From contig JARVGK010000004.1 of NCBI GenBank assembly GCA_029762535.1, forward strand, positions 82,314 through 122,102: a DNA stretch of 39,789 nt, written 5' to 3'. Shown piece after piece: positions 1 to 9,798 of this stretch; the first letter of the stretch is position 1, and the number at the start of each line of letters is the position of its first letter. The notes under the pieces were generated by a model. The model ran no database searches. It was not told the origin of the DNA and worked only from the letters and a program-made list of their open reading frames with translations. Position numbers and translations under genes: made by a program. Source of the DNA: Thermoplasmatota archaeon (GTDB lineage: Archaea > Thermoplasmatota > Penumbrarchaeia > Penumbrarchaeales > Penumbrarchaeaceae).

Positions 1-83
1 AAGCTCTGCTTCCAGTTATGGCGACCGATCAAAGAAGCAACATTTCATTTAGATCGAACCAATATCCTGCTATAAGGATCACC

Positions 84-530
84 ATGCTGTTGAGGAATAG
101 GAGCTTGCTACGCAACCGCATCCTTTACGGGATCGTCCTTACGGCATGGATCTCCCTCTTCGCGTTCCCCCTGCTTATATTCCAGGTCAGGAGGGTCCCG
201 TTCATAGCCCTCGAGGTCCTGCTCCTTTCCTTACTCGTTACCTTCACCTTAAGGCATTTTCTCAAGATGCCCAGGGCATTGGAGATCACCGACGCCCTCC
301 TCATCGTTCACCTTCCCCACAGGAGCATCGACATAGATCCTGAGGGGATCCTCGATATCAGATACGACAGGAAGGACCGCAAGCTGAGGATAGTTTCGGC
401 GGATTCCATTCATAGATTCGGGGACCTACGTCTGGATCCGGAGGATGAAGAGGCTCTCAAGGGGATCATGCCATTCCGCAGGCCTTTGGGCGGGAGAAGG
501 GGCTATTCTAGAATGACCAAAAAATTCTAG
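84..530 (+). CDS. Hypothetical membrane protein (2 N-terminal TM helices plus small soluble, possibly PH-like, domain)
   Basis: ORF 18..530 has two hydrophobic segments (ILYGIVLTAWISLFAFPLLIF; PFIALEVLLLSLLVTFTL). ATG at 84 is taken as the likelier start. Confidence 0.6.
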   Translation: MLLRNRSLLRNRILYGIVLTAWISLFAFPLLIFQVRRVPFIALEVLLLSLLVTFTLRHFLKMPRALEITDALLIVHLPHRSIDIDPEGILDIRYDRKDRKLRIVSADSIHRFGDLRLDPEDEEALKGIMPFRRPLGGRRGYSRMTKKF

Positions 531-582
531 GCCCATCGGGAAAAAACATACAGATAAATCCCACTTCGAACTACACAGCAGC

Positions 583-1524
583 GTGAAGGAAAAGGATGAT
601 CACGATCACGCCTCATGCGATTCGGCAACGAGGTCCCAAGACGCGGGCAGGGTAACCTGGGTTGGCTTGTTTCTCAACCTGTTCCTCACATTCTTCAAGT
701 TCGCCTCGGGGATCCTCGGCCGGTCGGGGGCTATGACCGCTGACGCGGTCCACTCGGCATCGGACCTCATCACGGATGCGGCCGTGATCATAGGGTTCAA
801 GCAGGTCGGAAAGCCCCCTGACGACTGTCACGACTACGGGCACGGCAAGTACGAGACCTTCATAACGCTGTTCGTTGGGGCAATGCTGGCTTTGGCGGGA
901 GCACTGATAATATTCGAGGCCGGGGGAAAGATACTCTCCGCGATCTCCGGGGAGATCCTTGGGATCCCCAGGCCCATAGCCCTTATCGCAGCGATAGTTT
1001 CACTGGTACTCAAGGAGGCAATGTACCATTACACCGTACACGTGGGAAAGAGGATAGGCTCCGATGCGATAATCGCCAATGCATGGCATCACCGTACGGA
1101 TGCTCTGACATCGGTCGCCGCGCTCTTCGGTATATCCATATCCATACTTTTCAAAGGCCGATTTGCCATATTCGACCCCATTGCCGCTTTGTTCGTCGGG
1201 ATATTCATCATCGTCGTATCGGTAAGGTTCATCAAAAGCAGTACGAGCGAGCTGTTGGAGGCGTCCCTCGACAACGAGACCAAGGAGCGGATCGTGTCAT
1301 TGATCCTATCCGTACCCGGTATAGAGAACCCACACAGCCTCAAGACCAGAAGGATAGGTAAAGGGATCGCCATAGACGTGCACGTCTGCGTCAGCCCGGG
1401 AATGACGGTAGAACTCGCGCACAGCATGACAAAGGACATCGAGAAGGTATTGAAGAAAGAGTTCGGAACCGACACTTACGTTATCGTCCACGTCTGTCCC
1501 ATGGGTCAGGAGCATTCACCCTGA
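583..1524 (+). CDS. Cation diffusion facilitator (FieF/MMT1-like) metal transporter
   Basis: DAVHSASD and WHHRTD metal-site motifs, HDYGHGKYE loop, about 6 TM helices, C-terminal dimerisation domain (IDVHV...IVHV). GTG start. Confidence 0.93.
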   Translation: MKEKDDHDHASCDSATRSQDAGRVTWVGLFLNLFLTFFKFASGILGRSGAMTADAVHSASDLITDAAVIIGFKQVGKPPDDCHDYGHGKYETFITLFVGAMLALAGALIIFEAGGKILSAISGEILGIPRPIALIAAIVSLVLKEAMYHYTVHVGKRIGSDAIIANAWHHRTDALTSVAALFGISISILFKGRFAIFDPIAALFVGIFIIVVSVRFIKSSTSELLEASLDNETKERIVSLILSVPGIENPHSLKTRRIGKGIAIDVHVCVSPGMTVELAHSMTKDIEKVLKKEFGTDTYVIVHVCPMGQEHSP

Positions 1525-1895
1525 TCGACCCTTTCCTTCTTTGACCTCTCCTTCCAGTACCTGTCCTCCTCGAGAAGGTCGACGATCAGTCTATCGAAGG
1601 ACCAGTTGACGTTCTCCGCGGTCAGGCAGCAAAAGATCGGTCTGGGCACATCGGAAGGATAACCGTCAATGAACCTGGACAGCTCATTGTCCGTAAAACC
1701 TAAAAATACCAGAACCTTGGCCCCCGTCTCATGGAAAACGCCGGAACCTCCGGAATCGAGTATCTCGGACATCGCTCTTTCCTCTAGACCCGAAGCGCTC
1801 AATACCTCGACGTTCACAGCCGTGACAGCAGAGGCGTGATCTCCAAGCGAACCCAGCCATTCCTTTCCAAATCCATGCAAGAGCATGCCCCTCAT
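1506..1895 (-). CDS. DUF3783-like small protein
   Basis: C-terminal PIFCCLTAENVNWSFDRLIVDLLEE resembles DUF3783. Start moved to ATG 1895 to avoid overlap with the upstream protease. Confidence 0.7.
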   Translation of the reverse strand: MRGMLLHGFGKEWLGSLGDHASAVTAVNVEVLSASGLEERAMSEILDSGGSGVFHETGAKVLVFLGFTDNELSRFIDGYPSDVPRPIFCCLTAENVNWSFDRLIVDLLEEDRYWKERSKKERVDQGECS

Positions 1896-1920
1896 CTCAT
1901 CATCCACGATCAGATCCTCC

Positions 1921-4900
1921 CTATTCTTCGATCCAGGCCTCGTCCTCCTCCCAGTCCACATCAGAGATCTCCGGCCTTCTGTGGACGTAAACGAATAGGA
2001 GTATGGCCAAAGCCGCTAATACAATGGCGGTTGCGATGGCTATCACGATCCAGGGAAAGCCTCCGTTACCGTTACCGCTTCCGCCGTTGGAGTCCATCAC
2101 CCTGATCGTTATCGACTCTGAGCCGTTGTTACCGGAGCGGTCCGATAGGAAGGCGGTAAGGGTATAGTTTCCCGGGACCTCGAAAGTGAGATCGACCATC
2201 TTTCCCGATAGGGTCATGGTCTCGACCTCGCCCCCATCCAGGAACGCTAGCTCCCATCTCGCTTGTTCGAGATCGGGCGATGCATCGTTATCCGTAGCAT
2301 CGAGCCCGTATTGGACCTGCCTGGCGGTCCATACCTGTCTCGGTCCATCTATGGTCAGGAGTGGGGGGGTTATGTCAAGCACCATGACCCTGATCGATGC
2401 TGAACCCACGTTCTGGGCCCTGTCCGTCACGTTGAGTGTGACATTGTAATATCCCGGTTCGGGGAAGGTAACCATGAACTGCCGCCTGAACATCGTCCTG
2501 ACGAATCCCGATCCGTCATCCACCGTCCAGAAGAACGCGTCGTTGTCCTGGTCAACGAAAGGATCGTTGTCCACGTTCTCTTCCGGCATATAGGTGACGA
2601 TCGTATCCTCCTCGACGATGAGAGGCCCTACGATCCCCACGTGGGGTGTGATATGGTCAACGACCGTTATCGTCATCTCCGTCTCGTTCCTGTTTCCAGC
2701 AATATCGAGCACGGTGAGCCTTATCCTGTGCACCCCGAGGTCGTGGAACCTCAGGATCAGGACATCAGCATATGAGGAGGTCACATGTCCGCGTGGACCC
2801 CTAAACTCCCAGGATGTGTTCCCTATCCTGTTGTATTGTTGTGAGCCGCCCGGGTCGTAGGAATTGGAACTGAGCTCGTACGTGGCGTTGGTTATGTTCA
2901 CTTGAAGAGGTAGATCGCTCCCTATCACGGGGCAGGGCAGGGTCGTATCCAACAGTATGGGATACTCGAGAACCACACCCGGTGCACCGTACCTGTCGTA
3001 GGAGCGAACTATGAGTTGGTTCTCACCCTCCTCCAGATAGATGGTGAAATAGAACTTTCCATTGGCCCCTACCCGCTCGAGCGATGAAAGCTCTCCGTTG
3101 ACCCGTATCTCAACGTTACCAAGGGCCTCGGTATCGCCTGTGAAGGAATGGGAGATCTGCCTGGTTATCCTGGGGACCTCCTCAAATACCATGAGCGTTC
3201 CCGGCCCTGTGTTGTCCACAGAGAAACCGTTCAGGACCGTCCAGGGCGAGATGTTCGGCACCTCATCCATTGCCCTGAAACGGATGATCATCGATCTGGT
3301 GTCCCCCGGACCTCCTGATGCAGTGGTGGTATCCCAGTCGATGGTCCAATTCCCGGTCGAGCTACAGGCCGGAACGAACTCCCGCCCGTCGTCGGCTATG
3401 CCGTTTTGGTCGTCGTCTATGTAGTATTCGACCTCGATCATTGCAGTATCCTCGTCGGTCTCGAACTCGAGCACAGCAAGAGGTCCAAGAACATATTGCG
3501 GATCCTTTAGCCTGACATCTGGCGCTTTCGTGTCCATGGGTATGGCGCTGGCCCACGATGAATATGATGACCTGACACCTGTGAGGTTGACGCTCGCCAA
3601 TCTGAAATGGTAAAGAACGTTGTCCGACAATCCCTCGATGATCGTGAAGGTGCTCAGGGCGTGAGCATCGCCTATTCGTATCCATGCTCCTTCATCCAGA
3701 ACGGGAAGGGTGTCGGTATCGTTGATGAACACGTCGTATCGGTCCCTGTCCGTGACGTTGTCACCGTCCCAACCGAGCAGCACGGAGTTTCCGATCTCCA
3801 GTACCAGGGCCGTGAGGTTCCTCGGGAAGCGTGGCACTGACGTATCTATGCTGACGTTGACCTGAGGATATTGAAGGTCTCCAAGATAGGGGTCCCTGGC
3901 TACCAGCACGATACGGGAAACGACCCGCATATGTTCGGATATGGTGTAAAGCCCTGAGTAGTTCCCGTCGTCCTTGACCTCGTCGCGGTAATACAAGGAA
4001 CCGTCGTCCACAAGGGGCATGTCCCCGATCCCGGTTCCTTCGAGCCTCCAGAACAGCTCGGCCCCGACCTCGGACAGCACCCTGATCCTTAATCGATCGT
4101 GCAATGAGAAGACCAGGGAGAGGTCCCTGTTCGGATACATATAGGCCCTCAAGGGTCTAACGGCCGTCGCGGAGGAGTTGATGGAGAGGGAATAAGTTGG
4201 ATTGTTGTACTCCATCCTCAGAGTATCGTTGTGGCGCACGTATATCCGGCCGGGAGAGGAAGTCGTCACGTTCGATGTTCTCAGCGTCCCGGAGAACCTT
4301 CCCTCCTCCTCCTCGAAGAGGGTTACGGAGACGCCACCCGGAGTGCTCGTCGATGTGACAATGATGGAAATGGACCCGGAACCGCCTATCTCCATCGCCG
4401 TCATGCCTATGCGGATCGTATCGTCGTCCGTGGAATAATGATCCCTATCGAACCTGAGGGAGTTCTCCAGTATTCCGGTGATGTCACCGGAACCCACGAC
4501 GGCGAAATGCTGCCTGCCCCTCGGAACGACGTGGGCCCGCACCTCAAGCTTCCACCATCCGACCTCGGGGTCATTCACGGTGACGATCTCGGTCGGGTTC
4601 ACCCTGTCGGGGCTGTCGTTAGAATAGGTCAGGTCGTTACCGCAGAACACCTCGCCCGAAGGAGATGTCAACCTGAGGTCGAGATCGTTCACGAGCTGCT
4701 TTCCGGAGAAATACGCTCCCGGGTAATCGCTCCAGGCCAGGGTGAAGCGGACCTCATCGGAGGATATCACCCTGAACATCCTGGTGAGGTTCTCACCCGT
4801 CCCGAGACCGACCAGGTCCTGGTAATGGGTCATGATCCCTGTTCCTGGACTGACGGCCCCCGCCAGGTTCGCCCTGCCCCAGCCCTGATCGTTATCAGGC

Positions 4901-6600
4901 CTGGAGTTGACCTCCTTCGTAACGGGGTTCCCCCCTCCGTACTGGCCGGGCGTTAGGTCCACACCGCCGTTGATGATCGCCGCCTTCACCAGCGCGCCGG
5001 AGGCGTTAGGAGTATCCGTGTGATCCGCGAAGTACTGTCTCACCAGTGCTGCCATCCCAGCGGTGAGCGGGGTGGCCATCGATGTGCCTCCCATGTATGT
5101 ATAGTACTGATCGTATGAACCCCAGGAAGCACTGGCCCCGGGCACGGAGGATCTGGTCGAGAGTATGTTGGTCCCAGGGGATACGATCTCCGGTTTGATC
5201 CGGTCGTCGTCCGTCGGCCCTCTGGAGGAAAAGGCGGCAAGGCCCGTGGAGTCGTTCGAGACCATGTCGTTCCTGATCGGGTTGCGGGGATATCCAAAGG
5301 CGCTGCCCCATGTGCTCTGCAGACCTCCGCTGCCCCGAACGTTCTCGGACGCACCGACCGTAAGCGTGCTCTTGGCTGTCGCCGGGGGGGATACAGAGTT
5401 GGGATCTATCTTGCCGTCCCCGCCGCCCGCGTCCGTGCCGTCGTTGCCGGCCGCGTAAAGGACCAACATCTCAGGATAGTTGTACATGGTCCAGTCCACA
5501 TCGAATGAGGAAGATGTATAGGCCCCGTGGTAGTAGGATCCCTGGTAGCCCCATGAGTTGGTGTGTATCCTTGCTCCGGCGTCATACGATTCCTTGAACA
5601 GAAGGCTGAGGTTGCCCGGGATAGCTATGTTCTGATAATCGTCCATTATGGCCTGGAAGAATATTGTGGAGTTGTATGCCAAACCGCGAATGACGCCTCC
5701 GGAGCGGGTGCCATCCCCTCCCACAGAACCCGCGACATGGGTGCCGTGGCCGTGGTTGTCGTTCGGGGAGGATCCAGCCCAGTTCGAGAATATGACCCTG
5801 TTGTCAAAGTCCAGGTGGACATCGCCGCTCACGCTCCAGTTGTCCACTCCTGTGTCCAAACCGGAATCAGAGATCGCCACGATCTGGCCGGTGCCGTCAA
5901 GGCCGAGAATGTTCCTGAGAGGGTCGGCTTCCATAATGCCCGAGGCCACGTCGTTGAATAGGATGAGTAAGGGTTTGGGTTCGACCCATTTCACTCCATC
6001 GATGAGAAGAAGTCGCCATGCATCGGGGGATCCACGAACGAAAATCCTGGTGTCGCTCGCCGCATCCGTTATCCGGAAACGTTCGTTTATGGCGTCAAAG
6101 GTCCTTGGGCTGTCGTCGAAAAGCTCGACCACGAACTCTCCGGAGGGAGTTTCCTCCAAACCGTTCAGGAAGGGGACGTATTCCGGACCGGTCCTCATCC
6201 AGTACCTGAAAGGGGACGTTCCCGTCACGCCTTCAACCCTCTTCAGTTCATCAGCATGCCTGCCGTTGAGGTCCACAACGTAGGCGAAGTCAGGGAAGTA
6301 GTCGTGGACCAGGAAGCCTTTTTCAAGGAGCCGCTTCACATGGGCGTCGCCCACGGGCCCGTCGAACTGAACGATGAAGAACCTGGATCCATCCTCTAGA
6401 TGTTCGAGGCCAAGAGGGTCCCGCTCCCGGACCTCTTCCAGGGTCAGGTCTCCATACAGAGTACGCAAGACCCTCCCAGAGATCGGAACATCGGCATACG
6501 AACCATCGGAACTATCCACGGCCGGTAGTAGGGCACCCGATACGAATATAAGTATCAAGCATGCGACTATTGTCCTCTGCCAGGCGTATCCTCGAGCCAT
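1921..6600 (-). CDS. Secreted, membrane-anchored S8 subtilase (KP-43/TagA-like) with FN3/Ig/PKD domains
   Basis: Signal peptide. Catalytic motifs AISDSGLD, HGHGTHVAG, AAGNDG and GGTSMATP. LVNDLDL beta domain, PKD-like repeats (F.EPG.Y.VTL.V.D), G/N linker, C-terminal TM and acidic tail. Confidence 0.95.
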   Translation of the reverse strand: MARGYAWQRTIVACLILIFVSGALLPAVDSSDGSYADVPISGRVLRTLYGDLTLEEVRERDPLGLEHLEDGSRFFIVQFDGPVGDAHVKRLLEKGFLVHDYFPDFAYVVDLNGRHADELKRVEGVTGTSPFRYWMRTGPEYVPFLNGLEETPSGEFVVELFDDSPRTFDAINERFRITDAASDTRIFVRGSPDAWRLLLIDGVKWVEPKPLLILFNDVASGIMEADPLRNILGLDGTGQIVAISDSGLDTGVDNWSVSGDVHLDFDNRVIFSNWAGSSPNDNHGHGTHVAGSVGGDGTRSGGVIRGLAYNSTIFFQAIMDDYQNIAIPGNLSLLFKESYDAGARIHTNSWGYQGSYYHGAYTSSSFDVDWTMYNYPEMLVLYAAGNDGTDAGGGDGKIDPNSVSPPATAKSTLTVGASENVRGSGGLQSTWGSAFGYPRNPIRNDMVSNDSTGLAAFSSRGPTDDDRIKPEIVSPGTNILSTRSSVPGASASWGSYDQYYTYMGGTSMATPLTAGMAALVRQYFADHTDTPNASGALVKAAIINGGVDLTPGQYGGGNPVTKEVNSRPDNDQGWGRANLAGAVSPGTGIMTHYQDLVGLGTGENLTRMFRVISSDEVRFTLAWSDYPGAYFSGKQLVNDLDLRLTSPSGEVFCGNDLTYSNDSPDRVNPTEIVTVNDPEVGWWKLEVRAHVVPRGRQHFAVVGSGDITGILENSLRFDRDHYSTDDDTIRIGMTAMEIGGSGSISIIVTSTSTPGGVSVTLFEEEEGRFSGTLRTSNVTTSSPGRIYVRHNDTLRMEYNNPTYSLSINSSATAVRPLRAYMYPNRDLSLVFSLHDRLRIRVLSEVGAELFWRLEGTGIGDMPLVDDGSLYYRDEVKDDGNYSGLYTISEHMRVVSRIVLVARDPYLGDLQYPQVNVSIDTSVPRFPRNLTALVLEIGNSVLLGWDGDNVTDRDRYDVFINDTDTLPVLDEGAWIRIGDAHALSTFTIIEGLSDNVLYHFRLASVNLTGVRSSYSSWASAIPMDTKAPDVRLKDPQYVLGPLAVLEFETDEDTAMIEVEYYIDDDQNGIADDGREFVPACSSTGNWTIDWDTTTASGGPGDTRSMIIRFRAMDEVPNISPWTVLNGFSVDNTGPGTLMVFEEVPRITRQISHSFTGDTEALGNVEIRVNGELSSLERVGANGKFYFTIYLEEGENQLIVRSYDRYGAPGVVLEYPILLDTTLPCPVIGSDLPLQVNITNATYELSSNSYDPGGSQQYNRIGNTSWEFRGPRGHVTSSYADVLILRFHDLGVHRIRLTVLDIAGNRNETEMTITVVDHITPHVGIVGPLIVEEDTIVTYMPEENVDNDPFVDQDNDAFFWTVDDGSGFVRTMFRRQFMVTFPEPGYYNVTLNVTDRAQNVGSASIRVMVLDITPPLLTIDGPRQVWTARQVQYGLDATDNDASPDLEQARWELAFLDGGEVETMTLSGKMVDLTFEVPGNYTLTAFLSDRSGNNGSESITIRVMDSNGGSGNGNGGFPWIVIAIATAIVLAALAILLFVYVHRRPEISDVDWEEDEAWIEE

Positions 6601-6678
6601 TGTGCATGGTATTCTCCCACCCCTTTAAAAAACAGACCCCTACAATCTCGTTATTATCCATCCAAAGGCCGTTTCACT

Positions 6679-8484
6679 TCATTCTCCTGAAATAAGGCGC
6701 TCCATCTCTTCGATCGTGGGTCCGAAGCCGGATAGGGCCTCGCGTATGGGATCGGGCCTTGACAGATCGACGCCGGCGAGCATGAGGGCATCCAGAGGCG
6801 GAAGCGATCCGCCTGATCCAAGCATCGAGAGATAGCCCTCTTTGGCCTCCTCGTCTCCGGAAAGCACCTTCTCGGCTATGGACCTCGCGCAGCAGAAGCC
6901 TGTGACATATTTGTAAACGTAGAAATCGTAGTAGAAATGAGGTATCCTCGACCATTCCATCCTTATCGCGTCATCGATCACGACATCGGGGCCGTAGTAC
7001 TTGCGGTTGAGGTCCCCGTAAATGTCGCAGAGTAGGTCCGGGGTCAGTGGCTCCTCCTTTTCGGCCAGGGTGGATACGCTCTGCTCGAACTCGGCGAACA
7101 TGCACTGGCGGAAAACGGAAGTCCTCGCCTCCTCGAGCTCGTGGTTGAGCAGATAGGCCTTCTCCGCTCCCGATGTCCAGGTCCGCAGAAGATGATGCGA
7201 GAGCAGCGCTTCGTTGAAGTTCGATGCGACCTCGGCGAGCAGTATTGGATAGTCCGCCTGGATGTGGGGCTGGGATCTGTTGGCTATAAGGGAATGGAGG
7301 CTGTGGCCCATCTCGTGGGAGAGGGTGAAGAGGTCCTTGACCTTGCCCGTATAGTTCATCAATATGTAAGGAGGCCTGTCGTAGCAGCTCGAGGAATAGG
7401 CCCCTGACCTCTTCCCAACGCTTTCGATGAGATCGATGGTATTTCCCGAGAAAAGCTCGCGTGCCGGGGTTATGAGCCGATCCCCTGCGGGAGAGAGAGA
7501 ATCCATCACCAGTTCCACTGCCTGCTCGTACGGGACCTCCTTGTCCACATCGGAGACGAGCGGAACGTAGAGGTCGTACATGTGCAGCTCGTCGAGCCCC
7601 ATATTCTCCTTTCGAACCCTCATGTAACGGTGGAGTTCCGGCAGGAACTCCGAGACCGCCCCGATCACGTTCATGTACACCTCCGGCGTGACCTCGTCCG
7701 GGTCCAGGGCATATTCGAGGGCGGAGGAATATCTCCTGGCCCTGGCAAGGAAACGCCTTCCCTCCATCTCGCCGGATACGAGGCTGGCCATGGTGTTCCT
7801 CAAACCGTTGTAGACGCCGAGTAGACCTTCGAAGGCGTTCTTTCGCAGGGTTCTGTCCCGGTCCATAAGATACATCGAGTACCTGGCATGGGTGAGCGGC
7901 CTTTCGCGCGCGCTCCCATCCAAAACCTTACCGAAGGATAGATCGGCATCGTTGAGCATCCTGAAGGTCCTCGAGACCGCTCCGAGGGGTTTCTGTCCCA
8001 TTGCGAGGAGCATCTCGGATGCCCCGTCCAGGTAATGCCCCCTCATCCTCATGACCTCTCGGAGCGGAACCCGGGCGAAATCAAGCCGCTTATCATCCAT
8101 GATCCTGTCCAGGAAGCCAGGCGGGCTGGAGAGGATATCGGGCACCACAAAGGAGGACGCCTCTGACAGTCCCGCCGAGAGGGACCTCGCCCTCTCGAGC
8201 ATGTCCTGGTGCTTCCTGACATTGAGGTCCTCGTCATGCTTGAGATGCGAGTAGAGGTATATCCTCTCCATGTCCTGTTCGATCTCGTCGATGGTCCTCA
8301 GGCAACTCGCGATGTTCGAAGCATCTCCGGAGAGCCTTCCATTGAAAGCGGATATCTCTGGTATCCTCGAACGGACCTTCTCCATGTCGTTGGCCCAATC
8401 CTCATCGGAGTCGTATATCCGGGTCAGGTCCCATCTGTATTCCATCGGCACCTCGCTCCTGGCCTGCGTACGCTCCTCGATCAT
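6679..8484 (-). CDS. pepF: Oligoendopeptidase F (M3B)
   Basis: RSEVP..YRWDL N-terminus, GKRSGAYS, HEMGH zinc motif, AEVAS, W.RIPHFY..FYVYKY. ATG 8484 overlaps the GNAT stop (ATGA). Confidence 0.95.
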   Translation of the reverse strand: MIEERTQARSEVPMEYRWDLTRIYDSDEDWANDMEKVRSRIPEISAFNGRLSGDASNIASCLRTIDEIEQDMERIYLYSHLKHDEDLNVRKHQDMLERARSLSAGLSEASSFVVPDILSSPPGFLDRIMDDKRLDFARVPLREVMRMRGHYLDGASEMLLAMGQKPLGAVSRTFRMLNDADLSFGKVLDGSARERPLTHARYSMYLMDRDRTLRKNAFEGLLGVYNGLRNTMASLVSGEMEGRRFLARARRYSSALEYALDPDEVTPEVYMNVIGAVSEFLPELHRYMRVRKENMGLDELHMYDLYVPLVSDVDKEVPYEQAVELVMDSLSPAGDRLITPARELFSGNTIDLIESVGKRSGAYSSSCYDRPPYILMNYTGKVKDLFTLSHEMGHSLHSLIANRSQPHIQADYPILLAEVASNFNEALLSHHLLRTWTSGAEKAYLLNHELEEARTSVFRQCMFAEFEQSVSTLAEKEEPLTPDLLCDIYGDLNRKYYGPDVVIDDAIRMEWSRIPHFYYDFYVYKYVTGFCCARSIAEKVLSGDEEAKEGYLSMLGSGGSLPPLDALMLAGVDLSRPDPIREALSGFGPTIEEMERLISGE

Positions 8485-8903
8485 CCACTCTCCTCCATCA
8501 TGTAATGGGCTATCCCTGCCTCGAAAAATGGCTCTCCGACCTTCCTGAAACCGCATCCCACGTAGAAATCGACGGCCGAGGTCTGCGAGTGTAGATAGCA
8601 TGAGCCGGACCCCATACCTCGCGACACCTCCTTCATGAAAGCGACGATGGCCCGGCCAACCCCATGTCCCCTCATTTCCTTGACCACTGCTATCCTCTCG
8701 AGCTTCGCTTTACCACTCAGCATCCTGATCCTTCCGCAGCCTATAGGCTCGCCATCGACATAGGCACCAATGTGTACTGCGTGGTCATCGTGCCCGTCGA
8801 ACTCCTCGGAGCTATCGACACCCTGCTCGATGACGAACACGCGCCTCCTGATCTCGAACAGGTCCTCGACTGAGCGATGGTCCCTGGTTATCCTGACCTC
8901 CAT
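8481..8903 (-). CDS. GNAT family N-acetyltransferase (ElaA/YjcF-like)
   Basis: IRRRVFVIEQGV, RGHGVG acetyl-CoA motif, FY...GF...GEPF.EAGI.H. GGAGAAGG SD precedes ATG 8903. Confidence 0.9.
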   Translation of the reverse strand: MEVRITRDHRSVEDLFEIRRRVFVIEQGVDSSEEFDGHDDHAVHIGAYVDGEPIGCGRIRMLSGKAKLERIAVVKEMRGHGVGRAIVAFMKEVSRGMGSGSCYLHSQTSAVDFYVGCGFRKVGEPFFEAGIAHYMMEESG

Positions 8904-8964
8904 GGTCCTTCTCCGGGGAATATCCCGCAGGATCGATCCGATAAAGGGGTCCGAAGCGTCCATT

Positions 8965-9798
8965 TCAAAACCTTTTCACAACGTGATCAAGTACGGATTC
9001 GAACACGGCCCTGCCGTCGCCTTCGTCCCGGGAGATCCTCTTGCGGTACCAGTCGGGATGTGCGATCCTGTCGAACACCCTCTCCGGATGCGGCATCATC
9101 CCGAAAACGTTCCCGGTATCGTTACAAATACCGGCGATGTTGAACCTGCTGCCGTTGGGATTATAGGGGTAAGGGGCCTCGAAATCCCCCTCGGTATCGC
9201 AGTATCTGAACACGACCATGTCGGAATCGAAGAGCCTCGCGTAAGCTCTGTCCGGGTCATCCAATATCAGATTGCCCTCCGCATGCGCGACGGGTATGAG
9301 CCTGACCTCGTCCTTTTCGATCCTCGAGGTCCAGACGCAGCTGCCGCGGTTCACCATCTTCAATAGGGCCGGTCGGCACTCGAAATTGCCGGAATCGTTG
9401 GCGTGAAGGACGGCCTCCGGCCTGTCGGACATGGTCGAGGAATATCCCGGAAGAACGCCCAGCTCTACCATGATCTGGAAACCGTTGCAGAACCCTCCCA
9501 CGGGCTTGCCCTCCTCTATGAAGCGGACCAGGTCTTTTCCGACGGATGACTTGATCCTCGAGGCGAATATGGCTCCAGCCCTTATGTAGTCCCCGGCGGA
9601 GAAGCCCCCGGGCAGCATCAGTATGTCGTATTCCTCCAGGTCGCGGTAGCCCCCGCTGTCGGGCCATCTCTTCTCCAACTGCTTGATGTGGACGAACTCG
9701 GGTCTGGCGCCCAGCCTCTCGAAGGCGTCATATGTCTCCTGTTCGCAGTTTATCCCCTCCATCCTCAGGACCGCCACCCTGATATCCGAGACCTTCAC
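8965..9798 (-). CDS. purQ: Phosphoribosylformylglycinamidine synthase glutaminase subunit
   Basis: PGGFSAGDY, catalytic GFCNGFQ, AHAEG, GMMPHPER. GTG start at 9798 overlaps the purL TGA. Confidence 0.96.
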   Translation of the reverse strand: MKVSDIRVAVLRMEGINCEQETYDAFERLGARPEFVHIKQLEKRWPDSGGYRDLEEYDILMLPGGFSAGDYIRAGAIFASRIKSSVGKDLVRFIEEGKPVGGFCNGFQIMVELGVLPGYSSTMSDRPEAVLHANDSGNFECRPALLKMVNRGSCVWTSRIEKDEVRLIPVAHAEGNLILDDPDRAYARLFDSDMVVFRYCDTEGDFEAPYPYNPNGSRFNIAGICNDTGNVFGMMPHPERVFDRIAHPDWYRKRISRDEGDGRAVFESVLDHVVKRF

